Source: an uncultured Roseivirgaceae bacterium (GTDB lineage: Bacteria; Bacteroidota; Bacteroidia; Cytophagales; Cyclobacteriaceae). Taken from it: a stretch of DNA of 34,484 bases. The translations under genes were made by a program, and so were the position numbers. Each line of letters starts with the position of its first letter. Position 1 is the stretch's first letter. The stretch spans positions 1 through 34,484 of the forward strand of contig CAZQWZ010000002.1 of assembly GCA_964596935.1 (NCBI GenBank), in the 5' to 3' direction. Shown here piece by piece: positions 24,962 through 32,749 of this stretch. The notes under the pieces are model-generated. The model was not told where the DNA came from, made no database searches, and saw only the letters and a list, made by a program, of their open reading frames with translations.

Positions 24962-25202
24962 GAGTGAGTTAATTGAACAGATAAATGGATTTTTAGTAGA
25001 AGAGTTTGAAGTGGACTCTGCTGCCATAATACCGAGCTCTAACTTAAAAGAAGCATTAGATTTAGATAGCTTAGATTATGTTGATTTAGTAGTTGTGATT
25101 GAAAGTAACTTTGGAGTAAAAATAACTGCCGAAGATTTTAAAACAATTATTACCCTACAAGATTTTTACGATTTTATTTGCAGCAAAACATCTTGTGATT
25201 AA
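24954..25202 (+). CDS. acyl carrier protein
   Basis: 82 aa with the attachment motif LDLDSLDYVDLVVVIE. An 8-nt overlap (ATGAATAA) links it to the KS stop. Confidence 0.85.
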   Translation: MNKSELIEQINGFLVEEFEVDSAAIIPSSNLKEALDLDSLDYVDLVVVIESNFGVKITAEDFKTIITLQDFYDFICSKTSCD

Positions 25203-26074
25203 TGGCTAAATGGAGCGGTAAAACTAAGGGAAATGTTCTTGGATATCGCATTTTTATAACCACGATTAGGCTATTTGGAATCGAAGGTGGCTATTTTATC
25301 TTAAATTTTGTTGCGCTTTATTTTTATATTTTTCTTGGAAAGCCCCGAAAAATTTTGGCTCAATTTTATGCTAATAGAGTAGGGTTAGATGAAGCCCTAG
25401 TACAAAAAACTATTCGAAGTAATTTTATTCAAATTGGTCAAAGCATTATCGATAAAATTGCTTTTTCTATTAATAAGGCCTCTCGTATTACGTATCGAGA
25501 ATCTGGAGAGGAATACCTTCGAGAATTAGCAAATAATAGACAAGGAGCATTTTTAATATCTGCCCATATTGGCAATTGGGATATTGCTGGCAACCTATTA
25601 AATGGGATAGATGCGAATGTGAGTGTTGTTATGTATCAAAATGAATATGAAAAAATTCAAGCGTTGCTATCATCTCAAAATAAAGCAGCAAGTTTTAACA
25701 TAATTCCAATTTCGAATGATTTATCTCACTTGATTAAAATTTATTCTGCAATTAAAAAAGGCGATTTAGTTTGTATGCACGCAGATAGATATATGGATGG
25801 AGTTAAAACAGAGATGATAGATTTTTTAGGAAAACCTGCTAAATTTCCGATAGGTCCGTTTCAACTTATTGAGAAATTGAAAGTGCCTTACTCATTTGTT
25901 TTTGCACTTAAAGAAGAGAAGTATAAATATTTTTTTACAGCTTCTAAACCTGAGGTGCAATCTACTAAAAAAGCAAGGGAAATTGCTGTGGAATTTGTAA
26001 CGTTGTTGGAGCAAAAAGTAAAAGAATATCCTGATCAGTGGTTTAACTACTACGATTTTTACACAACAGAATAG
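25202..26074 (+). CDS. LPLAT-superfamily acyltransferase (LpxL/HtrB lipid A biosynthesis acyltransferase-like)
   Basis: 290 aa with an N-terminal TM helix and the HX4D motif in SAHIGNWDIAG. Size and layout fit late lipid A acyltransferase-like proteins found in aryl-polyene clusters. The start shares 1 nt with the ACP stop (TAATG). Confidence 0.8.
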   Translation: MAKWSGKTKGNVLGYRIFITTIRLFGIEGGYFILNFVALYFYIFLGKPRKILAQFYANRVGLDEALVQKTIRSNFIQIGQSIIDKIAFSINKASRITYRESGEEYLRELANNRQGAFLISAHIGNWDIAGNLLNGIDANVSVVMYQNEYEKIQALLSSQNKAASFNIIPISNDLSHLIKIYSAIKKGDLVCMHADRYMDGVKTEMIDFLGKPAKFPIGPFQLIEKLKVPYSFVFALKEEKYKYFFTASKPEVQSTKKAREIAVEFVTLLEQKVKEYPDQWFNYYDFYTTE

Positions 26075-26076
26075 AA

Positions 26077-26508
26077 GTGATTGTTAATTCATCAGAAATT
26101 TTAAATTATATCCCTCAACGTGCTCCATTTATTATGGTAGGCGAAATTGGTGATGTAACTGAAAAACATGTTGAAACCCAGTTTCTAATAGAAGATAAAA
26201 ATATTTTACTTGAAGGTAATTGTTTATCTGTTTCAGGGCTTTTAGAAAATATAGCGCAATCTGCCGCTGCTCAAGCAGGGTTTGCTAGTGTAAAACAAGG
26301 AGATTCGCCACCACTCGGCTTTATTGGTGCCATTAGCAAAGTAAAAGTTAATAAGCTGCCTTTAGTAGGCAGTATTATTGATACTTCAATAGATGTGTTG
26401 CAAGAAGTATTCGGTATCACCCTTATTTCGGGCGAAGTACGGCATAATGGAGAGTTACTTATTAGTTGCCAATTGAAAATTATGATTGATAAATCTGATA
26501 ATAAATGA
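26077..26508 (+). CDS. hot-dog fold dehydratase subunit lacking the canonical FabZ His motif
   Basis: 143 aa with a GTG start. This start is required because the conserved YIPQRAPFIMVGEI (FabZ LPHR.PF.LVD-like) precedes the first Met. It has no GHFP motif; the equivalent region reads LEGNCLSVSGLLENIAQSAA. Confidence 0.7.
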   Translation: MIVNSSEILNYIPQRAPFIMVGEIGDVTEKHVETQFLIEDKNILLEGNCLSVSGLLENIAQSAAAQAGFASVKQGDSPPLGFIGAISKVKVNKLPLVGSIIDTSIDVLQEVFGITLISGEVRHNGELLISCQLKIMIDKSDNK

Positions 26509-26933
26509 AATTTATAGAAGATAGCACACTGGTGCGAGTAAGGTTTTCAGAGTCGGATGCAATGGGAGTTGTTTGGCATGGTAATTACCTTAAGTACTTT
26601 GAAGATGGAAGAGAATCATTGGGCAAGAAATTTAACATGAATTATCAAGATATGTACGCACATGGATTTGTGGTGCCTATTGTTAATGTAAACCTAAGCT
26701 ATAAAGCACCTATTCATTTTGGAGAAGAAATGGAAATAACCACTCGGCTAATTTTTACAAAAGCTGCTAAGTTGGTGCATGAATATAAAGTATATAATTT
26801 GTCTTCAAATAAAATTAGTTGTGTTGGTAAAACAGAACAGGTTTTTCTAAATGAGAGTTCTAGATCATTAGAGCTATTTACACCTTCGTTTTACCTTGAT
26901 TGGCTAACAAAAGTAGCTTGGCAAACAAAATGA
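26505..26933 (+). CDS. 4HBT/YbgC-type acyl-CoA/ACP thioesterase
   Basis: 142 aa. The N-terminal VRFSESDAMGVVWHGNYLKYFEDGR carries the catalytic Asp and the hot-dog signature of 4-hydroxybenzoyl-CoA thioesterase-like proteins. ATGA overlaps are present at both ends. Confidence 0.8.
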   Translation: MKFIEDSTLVRVRFSESDAMGVVWHGNYLKYFEDGRESLGKKFNMNYQDMYAHGFVVPIVNVNLSYKAPIHFGEEMEITTRLIFTKAAKLVHEYKVYNLSSNKISCVGKTEQVFLNESSRSLELFTPSFYLDWLTKVAWQTK

Positions 26934-28036
26934 TATATATAGGTGCCGAGCAAATCATATCCGCTCTTGGAAATACGGCTGAAGAAAATTTTCAAAATGC
27001 TTTATCAGGTAATTCTGGTGTTCAAATACAGCCTGTTGTTGGAGTATCCTCTAAAAAGCCATTTGGCTTACTGCATAATTTTAAACTAGTTTCAGGTTTT
27101 ACTAAGGTAGAGTCTATGTGTATTAAATCAGGTTTAGAAAGTTTATCTCAAGTTGATAATAAAAGATTTAATGATAAATGGCTTGTAGTAATTAGCACCA
27201 CCAAAGGTGATGTTGATAGGTTGAAAGAAGGTGATGTGGAAAGAGCAAAGCCTACTTTTTTAGCAAAAAGAGTGGTCAAAAATTTGCCAATTCAACCTGA
27301 TGTTATGGTTGTATCCAATGCCTGTATTTCAGGTTTGGCTGCCTCTATTACTGCGCATGATTTGGTTAAAACAGGAGCTTATAATCACGCATTAGTTATT
27401 GGCGCAGATGCCGTAACTGAGTTTACTGTACTCGGTTTTGAATCTTTTTATGCCTTAAGTGATAAACCATCTGCTCCTTTTGATAAAGATCGGAAAGGAC
27501 TTTCACTAGGAGAAGCGGTATCATCTGTGGTTATTTCGGACACCAAGGAGTTATTTAAATCTACTCCTGTTATATTTTCTGGAGGTGTTACAACCAACGA
27601 TGCTAATCATATTTCAGGACCATCAAGAACAGCCGAAGGGCTGGTGCGAGCTATTGATTTACTGTTACAGCGAACAAAGGTTAAAGGCAGCGATATTGAC
27701 TTTATTTCGGCTCATGGCACAGGTACTTTATTTAATGATGATATGGAGTCTATCGCGTTTACTAGGTGTAACCTTAATAAGGTGCCTACCAATAGTATGA
27801 AAGGGTATTTTGGCCATACATTAGGTGCAGCCGGAGTGTTAGAGTTATCTATGTCAATGCAATCGATGAGGCAAGGGCAATTAATTAAAACGATAGGTTG
27901 CACCACTCCAGGTACAGTAAATAGCATTAACGTACTGCTCGAAAATCAAAAATCACACATTGGTACTGTGTTAAAAACGGCTTCCGGGTTTGGCGGATGT
28001 AATGCAGCGGTTATTCTTAAAACGTTAAGCGAATGA
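26930..28036 (+). CDS. beta-ketoacyl synthase (active KS, aryl-polyene type)
   Basis: The track start at 26900 is a TTG. The ATG at 26930 gives MIYIGAEQIISALG and an ATGA overlap with the thioesterase stop. The catalytic Cys is in VSNACISGLAASI and the His are in ISAHGTGT and GYFGHTLGAAG. Confidence 0.85.
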   Translation: MIYIGAEQIISALGNTAEENFQNALSGNSGVQIQPVVGVSSKKPFGLLHNFKLVSGFTKVESMCIKSGLESLSQVDNKRFNDKWLVVISTTKGDVDRLKEGDVERAKPTFLAKRVVKNLPIQPDVMVVSNACISGLAASITAHDLVKTGAYNHALVIGADAVTEFTVLGFESFYALSDKPSAPFDKDRKGLSLGEAVSSVVISDTKELFKSTPVIFSGGVTTNDANHISGPSRTAEGLVRAIDLLLQRTKVKGSDIDFISAHGTGTLFNDDMESIAFTRCNLNKVPTNSMKGYFGHTLGAAGVLELSMSMQSMRQGQLIKTIGCTTPGTVNSINVLLENQKSHIGTVLKTASGFGGCNAAVILKTLSE

Positions 28037-28614
28037 AAGCAATAGCATCTGTACGAATTACGAACGACAGACTTGAGTTAAACGGGAACCCTTTGTTTCA
28101 ACAAATTAACTTGGGTGGAGATAAAGTGCCTTTCAAGCTTTTGTATGATGAATTGGAAATTAAATATTCTAAATTTCATAAAATGGATAATTTGTCGAAA
28201 TTGGGATTTTTGGGAGTAGAAATGCTTAAAAAAACAGTCAGTTTCGATACTTATGCGCCCGGTAGAATTGCTCAAATATTTCAAAATAGCTATTCAAGCC
28301 TCGATACGGATGTTGTACATCAACAGTCAATTAACGAGAAAAAAATGCCTAGCCCAGCTGTGTTTGTGTACACGCTTCCTAATATCGTTATGGGCGAAAT
28401 TGCAATCAGAAATGAGCTTTATGGTGAAAATCTATTTACCTTAGTGGATAATTTTTTGCCAGAAAAATGGCTCGAATTGGTAAACCTGCAATTTAAAATA
28501 GGTAAAGCAGATGCTGTTGTTGGGGGTTGGATAGAAATATTTAAGAATAAATTCGACCTTCGGTTGTATTTTATTGATATAGCTAAGAATAAAGAAGGAT
28601 TTAAAGTGATTTAA
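28033..28614 (+). CDS. short KS-associated protein (truncated thiolase-like / CLF-like partner)
   Basis: 193 aa, ATGA-coupled to the preceding KS. It has no Cys/His/His motifs. The segment PSPAVFVYTLPNIVMGEIAIRNELYGEN resembles the substrate-loop region of KS-like proteins. Position and size match the small partner ORF seen next to a KS in aryl-polyene clusters, from memory. Confidence 0.5.
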   Translation: MKAIASVRITNDRLELNGNPLFQQINLGGDKVPFKLLYDELEIKYSKFHKMDNLSKLGFLGVEMLKKTVSFDTYAPGRIAQIFQNSYSSLDTDVVHQQSINEKKMPSPAVFVYTLPNIVMGEIAIRNELYGENLFTLVDNFLPEKWLELVNLQFKIGKADAVVGGWIEIFKNKFDLRLYFIDIAKNKEGFKVI

Positions 28615-28624
28615 AAAGAATAGA

Positions 28625-28876
28625 ATGGATTTGAAAGAGGAACTTAAAAAACATTTAATCGAGCAGCTAAATCTCGAAGAAGTAAATGTTGAAGATATAG
28701 AAGATGATGCGGCTCTTTTTGGCGATGGACTAGGATTAGATTCTATAGATGCCTTGGAACTTATTGTATTGTTGGATACACATTATAATATTAAAATTGA
28801 TAACCCTGAGCAAGGACAAGAAATTTTTAAATCAGTAAACTCAATGGCTGAGTTTATAGAGAAAAACCGTGACTGA
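28625..28876 (+). CDS. acyl carrier protein
   Basis: 83 aa with the motif GLGLDSIDALELIVLLD. It is paralogous to 11199..11462. Confidence 0.9.
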   Translation: MDLKEELKKHLIEQLNLEEVNVEDIEDDAALFGDGLGLDSIDALELIVLLDTHYNIKIDNPEQGQEIFKSVNSMAEFIEKNRD

Positions 28877-28878
28877 TA

Positions 28879-30066
28879 ATGAAGATTTTAGTTACTGGTA
28901 TAGGCGTAGTGTCGGCATTAGGGATTGGTGTAGATGCTAACTTTAAAGCGTTACAAAAATCAATTTCTGGCATTCGACTTAATACCTTACTTAAAGGGCT
29001 TATTAAGCCAACTTACGTAGGTGAAATTAGCGAATCTAACCAGCGCTTAAAAAGTGCGCTTGGCTTTTTGGAGGTAGATCAAATTCCTAGAACAGCTCTT
29101 TTGGGTATGTTGGCGGCCAAGGAAGCACTGGGTAAAACTTTTCTAGATGGTGAACGGTCTGGTTTTATAAGTGGAACAACCGTGGGCGGTATGGATTTAA
29201 CTGAAAACTATTATAAAAAGGCTCTGTTGCATAATAATGATGTAGAGATATCAAGTGTTAAAACACACGATTTAGGAACAGTAACCAATTTTATTGCAAA
29301 CTACTGTGGGGCACCCGAATATGTAAATACAATTTCTACAGCATGTTCGTCTTCTGCCAATAGTATTATGCTTGGCGCCCGCCTTATTAAAGCGGGCAAG
29401 TTGGATAAAGTATTAGTAGGAGGGAGCGATGCCCTTTCTCGATTTACAATTAATGGATTTCGATCCTTAATGATTTACGATAACCAACCTTGCAAACCTT
29501 TTGATGCCAATAGAAAGGGATTGAATTTGGGTGAAGGAGCAGGCTATATTTTATTAGAAAATGAAAAAAGTATTGCACAAACAAAAAACATCATTTATGC
29601 TGAATTAACGGGTTGGAATAATGCCAATGATGCCTTTCATCAAACAGGTACATCACCCAATGGAGATGGGGCATTAAAAGCCATGAAAGGAGCCCTTAAA
29701 TTGGCAGAATTGAACCCAGCCGATATTGATTATATTAATGCGCATGGTACTGCTACACAGAATAATGATTCTTCGGAATCAAATGCATTGGTACAGCTGT
29801 TTAAAAAGCAAAAAATTGCATTTAGCTCTACCAAAGGGCATACGGGACATACTTTAGGTGCTTCGGGAGGAGTAGAAGCGGTATTTTCAATATTGAGTAT
29901 TAAGAACCAATGTGTTTTTCCAATCATAAATTGGTCAAACTCAATGGAGCAAAATCTTGTAAACCCAATAACAAGTTATCAGGATAATTATTTGATTAAA
30001 AATGTAATGAGTAACTCATTTGGATTTGGTGGAAATAGTACCTCATTAATTTTTTCTAAGGTATGA
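28879..30066 (+). CDS. beta-ketoacyl-ACP synthase II-like (active KS)
   Basis: 395 aa with ILVTGIGVVSALG, Cys in STACSSSANSI, His in INAHGTATQ and KGHTGHTLGASG, and NSFGFGGN. It is paralogous to 9989..11185. Confidence 0.9.
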   Translation: MKILVTGIGVVSALGIGVDANFKALQKSISGIRLNTLLKGLIKPTYVGEISESNQRLKSALGFLEVDQIPRTALLGMLAAKEALGKTFLDGERSGFISGTTVGGMDLTENYYKKALLHNNDVEISSVKTHDLGTVTNFIANYCGAPEYVNTISTACSSSANSIMLGARLIKAGKLDKVLVGGSDALSRFTINGFRSLMIYDNQPCKPFDANRKGLNLGEGAGYILLENEKSIAQTKNIIYAELTGWNNANDAFHQTGTSPNGDGALKAMKGALKLAELNPADIDYINAHGTATQNNDSSESNALVQLFKKQKIAFSSTKGHTGHTLGASGGVEAVFSILSIKNQCVFPIINWSNSMEQNLVNPITSYQDNYLIKNVMSNSFGFGGNSTSLIFSKV

Positions 30067-31004
30067 GCATCTACATTTACTCCTCACACGCTATTAGTAC
30101 CCTTGGTAACTCCTTGGGGAATAATTTATTGGAATCTATGTTGCCTTTTGAGCAAAATAAAGAGTTGGTTGAGCCTGTTTATAAAGAGTTTATACATCCT
30201 ATGCTGTTAAGGCGAATGGGGAAAGCCACTAAGATGTCCATAGTTTGTTCACTAGAGTGTCTTCAAAAATTGGATAATGCTAGCCCTAACGCAATAATTG
30301 TAGGTACCGGTTTGGGTGCAATTGCAGATACCGAAAAATTTCTAAAAATATCTTCTCCAGATGGCGATAATATGTTACCGCCAACTTCTTTTATACAATC
30401 GGGGCATAATACCATTGCGGGGCAAATTGCCCTATTATTAAAAAATGATAAGTATAACATGACGCATGTTCAGCAGGGTTTATCGTTTGAGTACGCCTTG
30501 CAAGATGCCCTTTTAACAGTGCAAGAAGGTGCGGAGTTAACACTTGTGGGGGCAGTAGATGAAAATACGCCTCTATTAAAAGAGTTAGCTAAAAAGCTAA
30601 ACTTGGAGCAAACCGTATTAAATCAACTTTCAGAGGGTGCCGCATTTTTTACCGTTGGCACATCCAAACCAAACGCAATTGCGAAAATAAAAGCAGTTTC
30701 TACTATATCATTTGAAAATATAGCTTCCTCCGTTTTAAAGATGTTAAACCAATTAGGGTTAGATTTTAAAGATATTTCAAAAGGGTTTATTGGTTATAAT
30801 TTTGCTTGTGATAAAATAGAGGAGCTGCCTTTTGAAACTATAAATTACACTGATTACACAGGGCGGTTTTTTGCTAGCTCAGCGGTTGGTATGCATTTGG
30901 CTACGCATTACTTGCAGTACTCTGAGTCACAACCTCAATATTCACTGGTAGTAAATGTCGCATCAAAAGATAAGTTAGGATTAATTATAGTAGAGCGTGT
31001 CTAA
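30063..31004 (+). CDS. KS-like protein lacking catalytic residues (chain-length-factor-type partner)
   Basis: 313 aa, ATGA-coupled to the KS. Shared motifs with 8955..9992 are LLRRMGKATKMS and MTHVQQGLSFEYALQDAL. It has no active-site Cys or His motifs. Confidence 0.8.
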   Translation: MSIYIYSSHAISTLGNSLGNNLLESMLPFEQNKELVEPVYKEFIHPMLLRRMGKATKMSIVCSLECLQKLDNASPNAIIVGTGLGAIADTEKFLKISSPDGDNMLPPTSFIQSGHNTIAGQIALLLKNDKYNMTHVQQGLSFEYALQDALLTVQEGAELTLVGAVDENTPLLKELAKKLNLEQTVLNQLSEGAAFFTVGTSKPNAIAKIKAVSTISFENIASSVLKMLNQLGLDFKDISKGFIGYNFACDKIEELPFETINYTDYTGRFFASSAVGMHLATHYLQYSESQPQYSLVVNVASKDKLGLIIVERV

Positions 31005-31743
31005 ATTTAAGCTGAGCATAGTAATTTATAGTTTACTCCTGGTATTTTCTGTGGTTATTCTACTAAATAATAGCATTAGTTTAATTGTAGGGGTAGTGTT
31101 AGGCATATCACTTGTTTATATGTTATTCTTATTTGCAATGGCAATGCTAATACAGCTAAATTTCTACCTTAAGGCAGTTTGTGTAAATACTTTGCAACAA
31201 GTAGTATTAACCTTTGATGATGGCCCCCATCCAAAACATACACTGCTAATTCTTGATATTTTAGATGATCTACATGTAAAAGCAGTCTTTTTTATGATTG
31301 GTAAAAATGTAAAGGCCTATCCTGAAATTGCAAAAGAAGTTAGTAGGCGAGGGCATCAAATTGGTGTGCATAGTCAAGGTCATAGAGTAAATTTTGGCAT
31401 GTTAAAAGGGGTAAAATTGGCAAATGAATTGCAAGGTTGTGCCAAAGAGATAGAAATGGCAACAGGTATGAAACCGCATTTATTTAGACCTCCATTTGGC
31501 GTAACAAACCCATCCATTGCCAATGTAACTTTGGCGCAAAAATTGATTACCATTGGTTGGAGTGTTCGATCGTTTGATACTGTGGCTAAATCTGCAGATG
31601 TGATTAATAATCGAGTTTTAAATAAGTTAAAAGGCAATAGCATTATCCTTTTGCACGACATAGCCTTAACTGTTACCTCTTTACCGCTTTTAATAACTAA
31701 GATTAGAAGCAAAGGATTTAACATTGGGAAATTAACTACTTAA
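30997..31743 (+). CDS. polysaccharide deacetylase (NodB homology domain) with N-terminal TM helices
   Basis: NodB motifs are LTFDDGPHP, GHQIGVHSQGH and LFRPPFG. Two N-terminal TM helices are present if the GTG at 30997 is used (8-nt overlap with the CLF stop). An internal ATG (Met42) is a possible alternative start. Confidence 0.8.
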   Translation: MSKFKLSIVIYSLLLVFSVVILLNNSISLIVGVVLGISLVYMLFLFAMAMLIQLNFYLKAVCVNTLQQVVLTFDDGPHPKHTLLILDILDDLHVKAVFFMIGKNVKAYPEIAKEVSRRGHQIGVHSQGHRVNFGMLKGVKLANELQGCAKEIEMATGMKPHLFRPPFGVTNPSIANVTLAQKLITIGWSVRSFDTVAKSADVINNRVLNKLKGNSIILLHDIALTVTSLPLLITKIRSKGFNIGKLTT

Positions 31744-31755
31744 AGAGATAGTGGC

Positions 31756-32370
31756 ATGAATTTTATTTTTAAAGCAATAATAACTGGCATATTAGTATTG
31801 GGTTCTTCCCGCCTGCATGCACAAAGTACAAAGTTAATTTTCTTAGAAAGGCTGCAGACGTTTAATTTAACTACAATTTCTATACAAAGTGATTTTGAGC
31901 AAACAAGAAGTTTGGCTATTATGGAAGAGCCTTTAATTTCATCTGGTAAATTTTATTATAAAAAACCGGATTTAATGAAGTGGGATCAACAGTTACCAAC
32001 TCCTTATTACTTTATTATTAACGGCACTAAGGCAATTCGTTTTGATGGAAATAAACGGAAAGTAATGTCTTCCAATAGTCCTCAAATAGCTCATTTTAAA
32101 AATTTTATTATGGGCACAATAGATGGCAGTATGCTTAAATCAGATGACTATGCCACTTTATTTACAAGAAATGGAAATTTGATTAGAGTTGAATTACTCC
32201 CTCAGCAAAAAACCATGGCTAAAAAAATAGAGAAAATTGAGTTGTTGTTTGAGTATGACAAAATGATGTTACAGCAGTTAATTATAACAGAGGTTGGAGG
32301 TGATATAATGGACATTATTTTTACCAATCAGCAATTAAATGTAATTGAAAATAATACTATCTTTAATTGA
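31756..32370 (+). CDS. LolA-like outer-membrane lipoprotein carrier family protein
   Basis: 204 aa with the signal peptide MNFIFKAIITGILVLGSSRLHAQ. The segment FEQTRSL...SSGKFYYKKPDLMKWDQQLPTPYYFIINGTKAIRFD parallels the LolA signature (G.F...P.K.RW.....P....I.DG...W.YD). Confidence 0.65.
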   Translation: MNFIFKAIITGILVLGSSRLHAQSTKLIFLERLQTFNLTTISIQSDFEQTRSLAIMEEPLISSGKFYYKKPDLMKWDQQLPTPYYFIINGTKAIRFDGNKRKVMSSNSPQIAHFKNFIMGTIDGSMLKSDDYATLFTRNGNLIRVELLPQQKTMAKKIEKIELLFEYDKMMLQQLIITEVGGDIMDIIFTNQQLNVIENNTIFN

Positions 32371-32371
32371 T

Positions 32372-32749
32372 ATGAAAGATTTGGCATTTAAAGAATTGAT
32401 TGGCTTTGGGGAGTTAAAAATTACAGACACTAACAGTTATTTAATAATGTTTTCAATAAATGCTGGTAGCGAGGTGTTTGCTGGGCATTTTCCTAATCAG
32501 CCAATTATGCCAGGTGTTATAATGATTGAAATTATAAAAAGGGCTGCAGAGATTGCTGTAAATTCTAAGATAGAAATGGTGTCTGCTAGTAATTTTAAAT
32601 TCTTGAAAATGTTAAATCCCAATGAGCATAAAAGTGCAGCATTGTATTTTACTTTAACAGATATCAATGATTCGTGGAAAGTAAAGGCCCAGCTAAAAAT
32701 TAAAGGTGAAATTTATTTTAAAGCAGATGCCATTTATAAACCTTTCTAA
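32372..32749 (+). CDS. FabZ/FabA-like 3-hydroxyacyl-ACP dehydratase (catalytic hot-dog subunit)
   Basis: It has the canonical motif AGHFPNQPIMPGVIMIEI (FabZ GHFP..P.MPGVL..E). The track start at 32345 is a TTG. The ATG at 32372 lies 1 nt after the upstream stop, so I prefer it. Confidence 0.8.
   Translation: MKDLAFKELIGFGELKITDTNSYLIMFSINAGSEVFAGHFPNQPIMPGVIMIEIIKRAAEIAVNSKIEMVSASNFKFLKMLNPNEHKSAALYFTLTDINDSWKVKAQLKIKGEIYFKADAIYKPF

Noticed and set aside
8955-31004. Aromatic (actinorhodin-type) type II PKS interpretation of the KS/CLF/ACP sets
   Set aside because: No cyclase or aromatase genes are present. The presence of FabG, hot-dog dehydratases, a TAL starter and darAB points to a reduced polyene plus a resorcinol made by DarAB condensation.
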